DNA of 63,436 nucleotides, counting the filler, from Octopus bimaculoides (lineage: Eukaryota), in the NCBI RefSeq assembly GCF_001194135.2. It is 7 parts of 6 records of this genome, joined end to end, with 100 filler letters (N's around TTAATTAATTAA, not from the genome) between each part and the next. Parts side by side here need not be neighbours in the genome. Positions count along the whole stretch, not along the records: positions 24,359 to 45,238 come from NC_069002.1; positions 45,339 to 53,816 come from NC_068986.1; 5 more parts are not named here. One strand, given 5' to 3'. Under the pieces are notes generated by a model. It did not search any database. It was not told the origin of the DNA and was given only the letters and a program-made list of their open reading frames with translations. Position numbers and translations under genes: made by a program. This document shows, one piece after another, positions 37,398-50,488 of the stretch (the first letter of the stretch is position 1; every line of letters begins with the position of its first letter).

Positions 37398-37527
37398 CTA
37401 GAATCTTGGGGGGAAGGGAGCTAGTCGATTACATCGACCCCAGTATCTTACTGGTACTTGTCTTATTGACCCTGAAAAGATGAAAGGCAAAGCTGACCGA
37501 AATACTGCCAAGCATTTTGTCTGGCAG
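37398..37527 (-). mobile_element. SINE family B, internally deleted
   Basis: AGTCGATTACATCGACCCCAG..GACCCTGAAAAGATGAAAGGCAAAG..AAGCATTTTGTCTGG. Confidence 0.75.
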
Positions 37528-37574
37528 AGGGTACGTAAGCCGACCCAAGAAATCTCTAGTGAGTCTTTTTTCTT

Positions 37575-37627
37575 GATGCACCTGAAGAGACCCAGAACGG
37601 GTCGAAACATGTGTTGCACCCAATAAA
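37575..37627 (+). ncRNA. minimal type I hammerhead ribozyme motif (Penelope-type), probably inactivated
   Basis: CUGAAGA (37582-88), perfect 5-bp stem II GACCC/GGGUC, GAAA (37604-07), palindromic ACAUGU helix III, partial stem I, then AATAAA (37622-27); position 17 is G. Confidence 0.75.
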
Positions 37628-38272
37628 GTCTATTACACATTCCATCTATTTTATTAATTCTGTCACCCCGACCGCTACTACGAAGTTCCTGCAATAAATC
37701 TAAGGATAACAGGGAATCGAAACTGTGCCGTTGCTTTACGCATCATCCATTTATACATTTTGTACCATTTCTCCATTATATATATGAGAAATTATATATA
37801 TATATATGTGTGAGTGTGTGTGTACACTTCAGGTGTGTGTATATATANNNNNNNNNNNNNNNNNNNNNNNNNNNNNNNNNNNNNNNNNNNNNNNNNNNNN
37901 NNNNNNNNNNNNNNNNNNNNNNNNNNNNNNNNNNNNNNNNNNNNNNNNNNNNNNNNNNNNNNNNNNNNNNNNNNNNNNNNNNNNNNNNNNNNNNNNNNNN
38001 NNNNNNNNNNNNNNNNNNNNNNNNNNNNNNNNNNNNNNNNNNNNNNNNNNNNNNNNNNNNNNNNNNNNNNNNNNNNNNNNCCCAACCACATAGTTCCGGG
38101 TTCAGTCCCACTGCGTGGCACTGATGCCGATCCGGAATCCACATAGCTGAGGAAGGAATTTTTTAACCATAAGCACATTCTTGAAACTAAAATACGCGCG
38201 CACACTCACACACGCTTGCGTACACAAGTAAGTTACACAAAAGAATTCGTCTTTGTATTGCTATACATGCAT

Positions 38273-38311
<39 letters not shown>

Positions 38312-38642
38312 CATACATTTCTGTGTATATATATGTGTGTTTGTTCGTGCAGATGTTCATCAACGTATACATATGCATATAGATACATATAGACGTCAGC
38401 AAGTACACACGCACATACACGCATACCCACATATAAACACACATTCTCAGAAGCAGTTACACATACATGGGGAGACGCATCCACTGAGCAGCACGTACGC
38501 ACGCGCACACAGTTAGTGTTGGACATGTAGGAACGTAAATAAATATACACAGATACACGTGCCCTCAGCAGAAGTGCGCAGTAGAAATACAAACAACTCG
38601 TATTGATAAGAATATCGACCAGCTGATCGATTTCCGAATCAG

Positions 38643-38644
<2 letters not shown>

Positions 38645-38687
<43 letters not shown>

Positions 38688-40215
38688 TTGATGCTGCTGC
38701 TGATGTTGAGGAGGAGGAGGAGAAGATGGGATGATGATGATGATGATGANNNNNNNNNNNNNNNNNNNNNNNNNNNNNNNNNNNNNNNNNNNNNNNNNNN
38801 NNNNNNNNNNNNNNNNNNNNNNNNNNNNNNNNNNNNNNNNNNNNNNNNNNNNNNNNNNNNNNNNNNNNNNNNNNNNNNNNNNNNNNNNNNNNNNNNNNNN
38901 NNNNNNNNNNNNNNNNNNNNNNNNNNNNNNNNNNNNNNNNNNNNNNNNNNNNNNNNNNNNNNNNNNNNNNNNNNNNNNNNNNNNNNNNNNNNNNNNNNNN
39001 NNNNNNNNNNNNNNNNNNNNNNNNNNNNNNNNNNNNNNNNNNNNNNNNNNNNNNNNNNNNNNNNNNNNNNNNNNNNNNNNNNNNNNNNNNNNNNNNNNNN
39101 NNNNNNNNNNNNNNNNNNNNNNNNNNNNNNNNNNNNNNNNNNNNNNNNNNNNNNNNNNNNNNNNNNNNNNNNNNNNNNNNNNNNNNNNNNNNNNNNNNNN
39201 NNNNNNNNNNNNNNNNNNNNNNNNNNNNNNNNNNNNNNNNNNNNNNNNNNNNNNNNNNNNNNNNNNNNNNNNNNNNNNNNNNNNNNNNNNNNNNNNNNNN
39301 NNNNNNNNNNNNNNNNNNNNNNNNNNNNNNNNNNNNNNNNNNNNNNNNNNNNNNNNNNNNNNNNNNNNNNNNNNNNNNNNNNNNNNNNNNNNNNNNNNNN
39401 NNNNNNNNNNNNNNNNNNNNNNNNNNNNNNNNNNNNNNNNNNNNNNNNNNNNNNNNNNNNNNNNNNNNNNNNNNNNNNNNNNNNNNNNNNNNNNNNNNNN
39501 NNNNNNNNNNNNNNNNNNNNNNNNNNNNNNNNNNNNNNNNNNNNNNNNNNNNNNNNNNNNNNNNNNNNNNNNNNNNNNNNNNNNNNNNNNNNNNNNNNNA
39601 GGAGGAGGAGGAGGAGAAGATGGGATGATGAGGATGATGATGTTGAGGAGGAGGAGGAGGAGGAGAAGATGGGATGATGAGGATGATGATGTTGAGGAGG
39701 AGGAGGAGGAGAAGATGGGATGATGATGATGATGATGAGGAGGAGGAGGAGGAGAAGATGGGATGATGAGGATGCTGTTGCTGCTGCTGCTGCTGAGGAT
39801 GATGATGATGAGGATGAGGAGGAGGTAGAGGAGAAGATGAGATGATGATGATGATGTTGATGAAGAAAGGAGGTGAGAGATGATGATAAAGAGGAGAGGG
39901 AGGAGGACGACGCTGACGACGACGAAAAGGAGATGAGGGATGATGATAAAGAGGGGGAAGAGGAGAAGATGGATGATGTTGATGATAAAGAGGTGAGGGA
40001 GGAGGACGACGACGAACAGGAGATGAGGTATGATGATGATGATGAGGAGGAGGAGGAGGACGAGAACGCGGTGGAAATGGCGGCGGAGGAGAAGGAGGAG
40101 GGGTAGGAAGATGATGATGATGATGATGATGATGACGGCGATGCTAATGATGCTGATGAGAAGGATGAGGAGGAGGAAGAGGAATAATCATAATGATGGT
40201 AATGGTGTTGCTGCT
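38645..40215. repeat. (GAT)n/(GAG)n compound satellite with a ~46-nt higher-order unit
   Basis: GAGGAGGAGAAGATGGGATGATGAGGATGATGATGTT units; contains a large N gap. Confidence 0.9.
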
Positions 40216-40268
40216 GATGGCAATTGCAAGCGTTTATGGTGAGGTAACGATGATGTTTAGGCTCACGC

Positions 40269-40306
<38 letters not shown>

Positions 40307-41004
40307 ACACACACACACACAAAGTACGTATATGTATTTATATACAGGTCTGTATTTGTAATTATATATACACCCCATCACACACACACATATATATATA
40401 TATATATANNNNNNNNNNNNNNNNNNNNNNNNNNNNNNNNNNNNNNNNNNNNNNNNNNNNNNNNNNNNNNNNNNNNNNNNNNNNNNNNNNNNNNNNNNNN
40501 NNNNNNNNNNNNNNNNNNNNNNNNNNNNNNNNNNNNNNNNNNNNNNNNNNNNNNNNNNNNNNNNNNNNNNNNNNNNNNNNNNNNNNNNNNNNNNNNNNNN
40601 NNNNNNNNNNNNNNNNNNNNNNNNNNNNNNNNNNNNNNNNNNNNNNNNNNNNNNNNNNNNNNNNNNNNNNNNNNNNNNNNNNNNNNNNNNNNNNNNNNNN
40701 NNNNNNNNNNNNNNNNNNNNNNNNNNNNNNNNNNNNNNNNNNNNNNNNNNNNNNNNNNNNNNNNNNNNNNNNNNNNNNNNNNNNNNNNNNNNNNNNNNNN
40801 NNNNNNNNNNNNNNNNNNNNNNNNNNNNNNNNNNNNNNNNNNNNNNNNNNNNNNNNNNNNNNNNNNNNNNNNNNNNNNNNNNNNNNNNNNNNNNNNNNNN
40901 NNNNNNNNNNNNNNNNNNNNNNNNNNNNNNNNNNNNNNNNNNNNNNNNNNNNNNNNNNNNNNNNNNNNNNNNNNNNNNNNNNNNNNATATATACGTTATA
41001 TATA

Positions 41005-41288
41005 TTCTTTTATTCCTTCTTTTATTTGTTTCAGTCATTTGGCTGCGGTCATGCTGGAGCACCGCTTCTTCGTCGAGCAAATCGACCCCAGGACTTATTC
41101 TTCGTAATCCTAGTATTTATTCTATCGGTCACTTTTGCCTGACCGCTAAATATTTTTCAGGGGTCCCTTAAAATACTATTGTAGATCCCCAATTTACTAT
41201 TTTGTTGGCGTGGATCCCCCACCCCCAACCACCACAAATCTTATATGGATTTTTAGGGCGCCATAGGGTCCCCGCTTGAGAACCCCTG
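41005..41288. mobile_element. SINE family A 3' half (-, 41005-41148) abutting a hAT MITE right half (41150-41288)
   Basis: CAGTCATTTGGCTGCGGTCATGCTGGAGCACC..; the MITE ends TTGAGAACCCCTG followed by ATCTAAAC. Confidence 0.8.
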
Positions 41289-41796
41289 ATCTAAACCAAT
41301 GCAACTCGCATCATTATCACTCTCAATCCGTCAACTTTTGAATCCAATAGGTTGCAACAGATCTCAGCATGTACACCAACATGTATACGCATGCGTGGTT
41401 GCACGCTTGTTTGTGCGTGTGTATGAGTGTGCGTGTATTTGGGCCTCAAGCTAGAAGAGCACGGGGCTAGTTGCCTATAAAATTTGTTGACCCTTCAGCT
41501 AACTGTAATAATATAGCACTTTCTCTTCCTCTGTCCTTTACCTTTTTCATCTCATTTTCGCGTTACGGCCAGATTTTCAAGAATGCATTATTGCTTCTAG
41601 AAAGCGAGGGCTTCCTGTGTATACATGTACATGTGTGCGTGTGTGTGTGTGTGTGTGTGTGCATACGTACGTTTGTGTATGTGTGTATGATGTACGGAAC
41701 CTTACATAATCAGATACCACTTTAATTATCTACTCTAGTTGTAAAATTTCTCCTCCTCCCCCTCCTCTTCTTCTTCTTCTTCTTCTTCTTCTTCTT

Positions 41797-41869
<73 letters not shown>

Positions 41870-42027
41870 CCGCCTTGTAAACAATCTATAAATATCAAGA
41901 CCTCATTTTATCTCCCTCTTGATTTATCATTTTAAAAATTTACATAAAGATTATCCATATCTTTACATCTCCTTTGCTTTTAAGAGGTTTGTCACTCACT
42001 ACAGTGACTCGTTTATCATCTTATTGC

Positions 42028-42096
<69 letters not shown>

Positions 42097-42294
42097 CATT
42101 GTTGTTGTTGTTGTTGTTGTGTTGCTGTTTTATCTATAACTCCTTCGTCTTTTTTTTCTCTGGTTAAATCGAAGTCTTACTACCAACCGGTTACGATTGA
42201 CTCCCTTACTTTTGCTAATCCTAAAACTAATCCCTTAAAATAATGCTCAGAAAGAGTTAAATTTTTGAGTACAAATACCTTAGTCTTATTTTCA

Positions 42295-42343
<49 letters not shown>

Positions 42344-42737
42344 TTAACTAACCTAAATTTTGTTTGTGCCTAAACACTGCTTGCGCTAACATATCGTTAT
42401 TTTCCTCGATCGGGTGATCTACCAGCACAAATCAGTCAACAACGTGACTGAATTTTACATAAAGCTATTGCGTTATAAGTTTGTTCAGAGTTGCCTCTCT
42501 TAGGTATATCCCATTGACAAAAGTCAATAAACTCGGAACATCGATGTCTAGGATTCCTCATAGAAGGCGACACTGAACCAACCGGGGGTTTTCACACCTT
42601 TTTACCAGAAGAAAGATATTTTCTCCATGGTAACTGCAGAGAATTTGCCTTTTAGCAGTTGAAAGATGTCACAAATCATATTTTAACTAACCTAAATTTT
42701 ACTTGTGCCTAAACACAGCCAAGCACTAACATTTTGT

Positions 42738-42875
42738 TATGTAGCTTGCTTACCAACCACATGGTCTCGGGTTCAGTCCCACTGCGTGATACCTTGGGCA
42801 AATGTCTTCTACTATAGCCTCGGGCCGACCGAAGCCTTGTGAGCGGATTTAGCAGACAGAAACTGAAAGCCCATC

Positions 42876-42880
<5 letters not shown>
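42738..42880 (+). mobile_element. SINE family A 5' module
   Basis: CCAACCACATGGTCTCGGGTTCAGTCCCACTGCGTG..CTTCTACTATAGCCTCGGGCCGACC..GAAACTGAAAG(TA)n. Smaller family A pieces also at 35940-36000 (-), 38081-38120 (+) and 43515-43610 (-). Confidence 0.85.
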
Positions 42881-42914
<34 letters not shown>

Positions 42915-43735
42915 GTCAATAATCAGTTTTTGGCTTTAGTATACGCACACACACATGCGCAAATGTGCTTTTCTTTGTTCTGCCTTTTTTGAATTTTTTT
43001 TATTTTGCATTAGGACATTGTCACATTATCTTTGGATGACGCGTAGAATGTAATCGGTGAAATCGATTTAAATATATAATGTAATACTTCTATATTATCA
43101 AAAACCGTTTTATCTGGCTTTCACAAATTCTACCATCATTCACTGCTGCCCTTAACGCTGTCTTATGTCTGATATTATTCAACTTCAACGAGTATTATCC
43201 GCCACGTAAGAAGCAACAGGCCTGACATTGTTACTCAGTACGTTGTTTCTGTCTTCCAGGACTTGTGCACTGCTAGATATGACACGTCCATCAGATAAGA
43301 GTATATCAGTGAAGTAGCTGGCAAACCACAGAGCGAGTACTCAAGAAAACTCCCTTTAATTACAAAGCGTCTTAAATATAAACTAAATGGAGATAAGAAA
43401 GTTGCGTGACTGAAAACTAGGACAATTGTCTATATTATTTTCGATTGTACTTGCTATTTTGCTCAAAGTCAGCAAAGATCAAAAAGATATGTGATCAAAG
43501 ATGAACTAGTATGCCCATCCGTATTTTTTTGTTTCATGGACTGCGGCCATGCTGGAGCACAAAGTTTACTGTCTTGAAGGATTTCAATCGAACAAATCAA
43601 TCTCAGTAATTTTTCCCTTTTTTGTTTTAAGTCCCGCAGTGTCTTTTGTCGAGTCCCTAAGTTATGATGGTACACCAGTTGTCAACACAAATATGTATAT
43701 GCATGTAGTTTCTCTAACTCTCACTCTCTCTCTCG

Positions 43736-43772
<37 letters not shown>

Positions 43773-44615
43773 NNNNNNNNNNNNNNNNNNNNNNNNNNNN
43801 NNNNNNNNNNNNNNNNNNNNNNNNNNNNNNNNNNNNNNNNNNNNNNNNNNNNNNNNNNNNNNNNNNNNNNNNNNNNNNNNNNNNNNNNNNNNNNNNNNNN
43901 NNNNNNNNNNNNNNNNNNNNNNNNNNNNNNNNNNNNNNNNNNNNNNNNNNNNNNNNNNNNNNNNNNNNNNNNNNNNNNNNNNNNNNNNNNNNNNNNNNNN
44001 NNNNNNNNNNNNNNNNNNNNNNNNNNNNNNNNNNNNNNNNNNNNNNNNNNNNNNNNNNNNNNNNNNNNNNNNNNNNNNNNNNNNNNNNNNNNNNNNNNNN
44101 NNNNNNNNNNNNNNNNNNNNNNNNNNNNNNNNNNNNNNNNNNNNNNNNNNNNNNNNNNNNNNNNNNNNNNNNNNNNNNNNNNNNNNNNNNNNNNNNNNNN
44201 NNNNNNNNNNNNNNNNNNNNNNNNNNNNNNNNNNNNNNNNNNNNNNNNNNNNNNNNNNNNNNNNNNNNNNNNNNNNNNNNNNNNNNNNNNNNNNNNNNNN
44301 NNNNNNNNNNNNNNNNNNNNNNNNNNNNNNNNNNNNNNNNNNNNNNNNNNNNNNNNNNNNNNNCATGGGTTATGGCGGGGGTGGTGGTGATCAAAGTGTT
44401 TCGTCTATCCTTGTCCTTGTCATTGTCGTTGTTTCCTTTCTTCCTTCTTTCCTTCTTTCTTTTTTTCTTAACTTTATTCCCTTTCTTTATTTCTAATCTT
44501 TCTTGAAGATTTTCTCAAGATATTAGATCAACTCTGTCATCGTTATCAACGTCATCAGTCACATTAATATTTTCATCGTCGCCATAGCCATCATCGCCAT
44601 CGTATTCGTCATCAA

Positions 44616-44651
<36 letters not shown>

Positions 44652-44724
44652 TATCATCCAATAATGATAATAGTAATAGCCTCTGATCGTAGTACACGGT
44701 TAGCTTAGCAGTTTTTGAAGGAAA

Positions 44725-44880
44725 CGCTTAGTCGACACTGTCGACCCCAGCACGTGAATGGTACTTTATTTTATAGACAGCCCCACCACCAGAGTACGAA
44801 AAGTAACAGTTGATCTCAACGGGATTTGAACGCAGAACATAAAGATCCGTAAGAAATGCCGCTAAGCATTTCGCCTACCA
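44725..44880 (-). mobile_element. diverged SINE family B
   Basis: TCGACCCCAG..GGTACTT..GGGATTTGAACGCAGAAC..GCTAAGCATTTCGCC. Confidence 0.65.
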
Positions 44881-45081
44881 GATCGCCACTGTAATATAAC
44901 AATGATGAAGATCTCTATCCCTTTTGTACGAGGGAGCAGGCAATCGTTCAGACCGAGTTACCATGCAAAGGGTCTTTATTTAAGAGAACTGTTGCTGTTT
45001 AACCTGTAATTAGCCTGTCTATTCAAGCCTATGATTAAAGACATTCCCGCCATAACTATCTCTCTCTATATATACAATAGA

Positions 45082-45238
45082 TGCAGGAGTGGCTGTGTAG
45101 TAAGTAGCTTGCATGGTTCCGGGTTCAGTCCCACTGCGTGGCACTTTGAGCAAATGTATTCTTCTATAGCCTCGGGCCGACCAAAGCCTTGTGTGTGGAT
45201 TTGGCAGACGGAAACTGAAAGAAGCCTGTCGTATATAT
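45082..45238 (+). mobile_element. SINE family A 5' module
   Basis: GCAGGAGTGGCTGTGTAGTAAG..GGGTTCAGTCCCACTGCGTGGCAC..GGAAACTGAAAGAAGCC. Confidence 0.85.
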
Positions 45239-45338
45239 NNNNNNNNNNNNNNNNNNNNNNNNNNNNNNNNNNNNNNNNNNNNTTAATTAATTAANNNNNN
45301 NNNNNNNNNNNNNNNNNNNNNNNNNNNNNNNNNNNNNN
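45239..45338. other. artificial scaffold-joining spacer
   Basis: 44 N + TTAATTAATTAA (45283-45294) + 44 N. Confidence 0.97.
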
Positions 45339-45420
<82 letters not shown>

Positions 45421-45863
45421 TACGTATGTGTGTGCATGTGTGTGTGCGCGCGCGCGCGTTACTTTCATTTCACTTTTTTGATAGTGATATAGTCCATGTT
45501 AATTAACGCTGGAATTAGATTTTTGTTGTTGTTGTTGTTGTTGTTGTTTTGTTATATTAACTGAATAGTTGAGTTTTGAATGTGATGAAATCAGTTTCTC
45601 TAGAAATGGAAATTGATATATTAAATCGACTTCAAAATAGGATGGAAAGATTTCAACAGAAACTGTAAAGCAATTTAATATAAACAAAGTAACTATTAGA
45701 ACATGTAAAAAAAACACGAAGGAAACATTTAGAGCCAGTATAATTACTAGATCATCAATCAGTTTAAAACACACATCATACATATGTAGTAACATTATGG
45801 AGATGATGGACGAAGCTTTATTATTTTGGATAGAATACAAAACCCAATATTACAACTCATAAA

Positions 45864-45912
<49 letters not shown>

Positions 45913-47115
45913 CGGGAGATAAATAAACGTATTTGCTTTCCTCATTTTAAGAAATAATTAGTTAGATTTTATCTTTGTCTGTTTTCTTTATTTAAAATGG
46001 TTTCTGATTTAGAAACCGTAGTTTTGAGAAAAGAGAGGTTTTGTCGATGAAATCGACTGCAATGCATGACTGATAAGATATTTCATCGAACCCAAATAAT
46101 GAAAAAAAGTTTGAACTTGGAACGTAGGATCGGAACAAATATAGTAATGCCTTTTTCCGATGCTCTAATGATTTTTGCCGACCCGCCGACTTAATAATTA
46201 TATCATTAATAGCACATCTCCCGCGTTTAACACGATTTCAATTTGTATGGTGACTCGTGGAACCAATCTACCAAAAGCCATTCGTCTACTCTTTCCGGAA
46301 GGGGAGGTAATTCCAATAAATCAAAACTTTCTCTTAAATAGTAATAATAAACACTTATTCGTCTTTGTTCTTCAAATACACGCCTCTGACTACTCAGAGA
46401 TGATTTCCTTTACTCATTTTGTTAAATTTATGCAAATTATCTAGACTGTAAATAGCCAACATAACTTGCTCTTTGGCTGATGGATACGTTGACATGTCTC
46501 GTCAGATGAAGATGAACTATAATAACTGTTGTGTTAAAGATGCCTATTGAGGCAGAAGTACGTAACCATAGTTGAAGTTTTGTTGTCATACAACCAGTCT
46601 GTCTTTTCCTTAAAGGCATTTCAATTTTGAAGAAATTCTTTAAACTTGATACCTGTTGCTATCAAGCTACATCAGTGACTTAAGAACCTACAGTTTCACA
46701 CGAAATGTTGATACTCTGGCACGAAACTATTAGCCTTTGAGCCATTGATATTGATTCACTGCCACAAATATGATAATGTATATATACGTGTGTGAATGCC
46801 TGTGTACACACGCACACACACGCACACGCACACAAACACACACACACACACACACATATGAAGGCTGGGGTGTGCTGGCACACATTAAGAAAAATGAGCT
46901 TTATTCAAATTTCAATTTATGTATGGACTTAGTTTTCTAAATAAAACTTAAAATTTAGCATATAGAAAATGAATTTTTTTTAATGCATTAAACAAAATAT
47001 TGAATTAGAAAACAGATGTTTGTTGTGGATTAATACAGATGTTCTTCAGTGGGAAATATACCGAATGTATGTATGTATGTATGGATGGATGGATGTATAT
47101 GTATATGTGTATATA

Positions 47116-47158
<43 letters not shown>

Positions 47159-48742
47159 AATATATATACATATGTATGTATGTATGTATATGTTTGTCGA
47201 TCTGTCTATCTATCCATGTAGCTAACTGTATGTGTATGTATNNNNNNNNNNNNNNNNNNNNNNNNNNNNNNNNNNNNNNNNNNNNNNNNNNNNNNNNNNN
47301 NNNNNNNNNNNNNNNNNNNNNNNNNNNNNNNNNNNNNNNNNNNNNNNNNNNNNNNNNNNNNNNNNNNNNNNNNNNNNNNNNNNNNNNNNNNNNNNNNNNN
47401 NNNNNNNNNNNNNNNNNNNNNNNNNNNNNNNNNNNNNNNNNNNNNNNNNNNNNNNNNNNNNNNNNNNNNNNNNNNNNNNNNNNNNNNNNNNNNNNNNNNN
47501 NNNNNNNNNNNNNNNNNNNNNNNNNNNNNNNNNNNNNNNNNNNNNNNNNNNNNNNNNNNNNNNNNNNNNNNNNNNNNNNNNNNNNNNNNNNNNNNNNNNN
47601 NNNNNNNNNNNNNNNNNNNNNNNNNNNNNNNNNNNNNNNNNNNNNNNNNNNNNNNNNNNNNGTGTCGTTTGATTGTTCGTGTTCATTCATACGTAGATAA
47701 TACCCAACAAATTTCATCTCGGTTTTAATAAGATGTTACTTCGTGATGTGAAAACAGTTTTTCTTGTTTCAGATAATTGCCAAAGACTAAAAATGATCGT
47801 TTATTGTTACGTATTTGGGGAATTGTAAGGAAAGCTAGAAAAGACGAAAACACAACAGAAAGAGGCAGATTTCATTTTTTTTTTTTTTTAATTACTTAAT
47901 GCGTACTGAGAATTGTAAAAGTATTTCTCTATCTTGATGAACTTGAAGGGAAACAACAACAGTAGAATCAAGCTCCGTAACATCTAAAACAATTTTAGAT
48001 GGGGAAAAGGGTGCCGATGAGGGTGCCAATGAGGGTGCCTCTACGTGGTTTCTCGATCGGCTAGAAATAGCAGCAAAATTCCTTTCGAATCACAAAATCA
48101 TTCTTCCAGTCGTTAAGGAAAATGGTTCTTCTGGTCAAACGATGTGCACCCTTCTTTACAGCGCAATAATTTATTCCACTTTGGTAACTTATTGTATTTC
48201 TTCTTACTGAAGAAGATCATTACAGGTTGCCTCAGATTCTACCGTTTCAATGTTTGTTTTCTTTTCCTTTATCCTTTTTATATGCATATTCGTCCGTCGA
48301 GGTGATGATCAACACCTAGCCATCGTGGAGGTAACTGATGACTTGCGCAGTAATTTAGTCTAAGGCGAGGAAGCGTTACGCACTGTCAACCTATCTATTT
48401 CGTCTGCAGCCATCTTCAATCTAGTGGCATGACGACCAGGTCAACACGACTAGGGATGGAAACAGATGCAGTGGGTGGCCAAGATGTCTTGCCTGCCTTA
48501 TCTGACTTTCTGCCCGCCGCAAGGAATTGCTGCAACCGCTTTATTTTCTGCTGAGCCACGAAGTTTCTTTTGCAGTGTTTAGCGAATCCAGTCTTCACAT
48601 ATATAGGTAGGCAAGACCTAACTCATCAAGAATTATACACCTAGTATGTAACTGCCGTTGCATGGAAACAGATACTTGAAGCCACAGGTGAGAGTTGGAT
48701 GCTAGACGGAGACCAAACTGGACGAACCGCCCCTAAGAGTCT

Positions 48743-49050
48743 ATTAATGTGTTTTACAAAGACAACTTTGCAAAGGAACTATCTCCCGATTGTGACACTG
48801 ACACTGAGTCCTTTAATATTCTGGCAGGCGTACTTCAAGGTGACACCCTTGCTGTCTTCCTATTCATAATAACACTAGACTAACCGATATGAGAAACAAC
48901 GAAACATGATGAATCCATCAACTTTAAAATACAACAAACATGCATCAGGGTACATCTTGCAGTACTTCTCACAGATACTGAATATGCTGATGCCTTAGCG
49001 ATTATATCTGAACCAACAGAACAAACCCAACTGTTTTTATTGCGATGGTA
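48743..49050 (+). mobile_element. RTE-type LINE reverse transcriptase fragment (domains 4-5), disrupted
   Basis: INVFYKDNFAKELSPDCDTDTESFNILAGVLQGDTLAVFLFIITLD* ... LTDTEYADALAIISEPTEQTQLFL (QGD and YADD-type motifs). Confidence 0.85.
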
Positions 49051-49164
49051 ATGAACTAGTGTATCACACACACACATGCACGCACACATACACACACAGG
49101 TACAGACATAAATGCATGCACAAATAGGATACATACTACATAAAGACATGAATAAAATCATACC

Positions 49165-49549
49165 AGCATGGCGGTGTGGTTAAGAAGTTCACTTTACAGC
49201 CTGTGAGTTTTGGTTCTGTCTCACTCTGCGACATCTTAGGCAAGTGCCTTCTACTATAACTTTAGACATACCGATGCCTTGTGAATGAACTTGGTAGGCA
49301 GAAACTGTGTGGAAGCCCGTCATATATGTGTGTGTGTCATTTTAGCTGTGGTGTCCCATCCATCCACCGCTTGATAACCTGTGTTAGCTTGTTTACGCCT
49401 CCATAACTTAGCGGTTTGGCACAAAGACCGATAGAATAAATAACAGACTTAAGAATAAGTACTGAAGCCGATTTGTTTAATTAAAAGACTTCACGTCGGT
49501 GCCCCAGCATCGCCGCAATCCAATGACTGAAATAAGTAAAAGAAATAAA

Positions 49550-49550
<1 letters not shown>
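49165..49550 (+). mobile_element. SINE family A, full length, diverged
   Basis: Head GGCGGTGTGGTTAAG, AAGTGCCTTCTACTATAAC, AAAGACCGATAGAATAA, CCCCAGCATCGCCGCAATCCAATGACTGAAATAAG. Confidence 0.8.
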
Positions 49551-49591
<41 letters not shown>

Positions 49592-50455
49592 AAATAGTAA
49601 ATGAGTATATGCATATATACGTACAGGTATGTGCGTACCGACATCCACCTGTATGTATAGGTGCATATCTGGGTACAGGACATTGCAAACAAAACGTAGA
49701 CGAGAAAACACACAAGCCACATAGAGAACATTCTACTTCATCAGCTACCCCCGTTTTAACNNNNNNNNNNNNNNNNNNNNNNNNNNNNNNNNNNNNNNNN
49801 NNNNNNNNNNNNNNNNNNNNNNNNNNNNNNNNNNNNNNNNNNNNNNNNNNNNNNNNNNNNNNNNNNNNNNNNNNNNNNNNNNNNNNNNNNNNNNNNNNNN
49901 NNNNNNNNNNNNNNNNNNNNNNNNNNNNNNNNNNNNNNNNNNNNNNNNNNNNNNNNNNNNNNNNNNNNNNNNNNNNNNNNNNNNNNNNNNNNNNNNNNNN
50001 NNNNNNNNNNNNNNNNNNNNNNNNNNNNNNNNNNNNNNNNNNNNNNNNNNNNNNNNNNNNNNNNNNNNNNNNNNNNNNNNNNNNNNNNNNNNNNNNNNNN
50101 NNNNNNNNNNNNNNNNNNNNNNNNNNNNNNNNNNNNNNNNNNNNNNNNNNNNNNNNNNNNNNNNNNNNNNNNNNNNNNNNNNNNNNNNNNNNNNNNNNNN
50201 NNNNNNNNNNNNNNNNNNNNNNNNNNNNNNNNNNNNNNNNNNNNNNNNNNNNNNNNNNNNNNNNNNNNNNNNNNNNNNNNNNNNNNNNNNNNNNNNNNNN
50301 NNNNNNNNNNNNNNNNNNNNNNNNNNNNNNNNNNNNNNNNNNNNNNNNNNNNNNNNNNNNNNNNNNNNNNNNNNNNNNNNNNNNNNNNNNNNNNNNNNNN
50401 NNNNNNNNNNNNNNNNNNNNNNNNNNNNNNNNNNNNNNNNNNNNNNNNNNNNNNN

Positions 50456-50486
<31 letters not shown>

Positions 50487-50488
<2 letters not shown>

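Noticed and set aside
38639-41080. 813-aa Ser-rich ORF and the acidic MRDDDKE ORF (39873-40106)
   Set aside because: Both arise from (GAT)/(GAG) satellite; the ~46-nt unit is not a multiple of 3, there are no splice signals, and they span gaps.
48290-48600. GC-richer segment with a 60-aa ORF
   Set aside because: No recognisable domain or splice pattern; may be part of an old retroelement.
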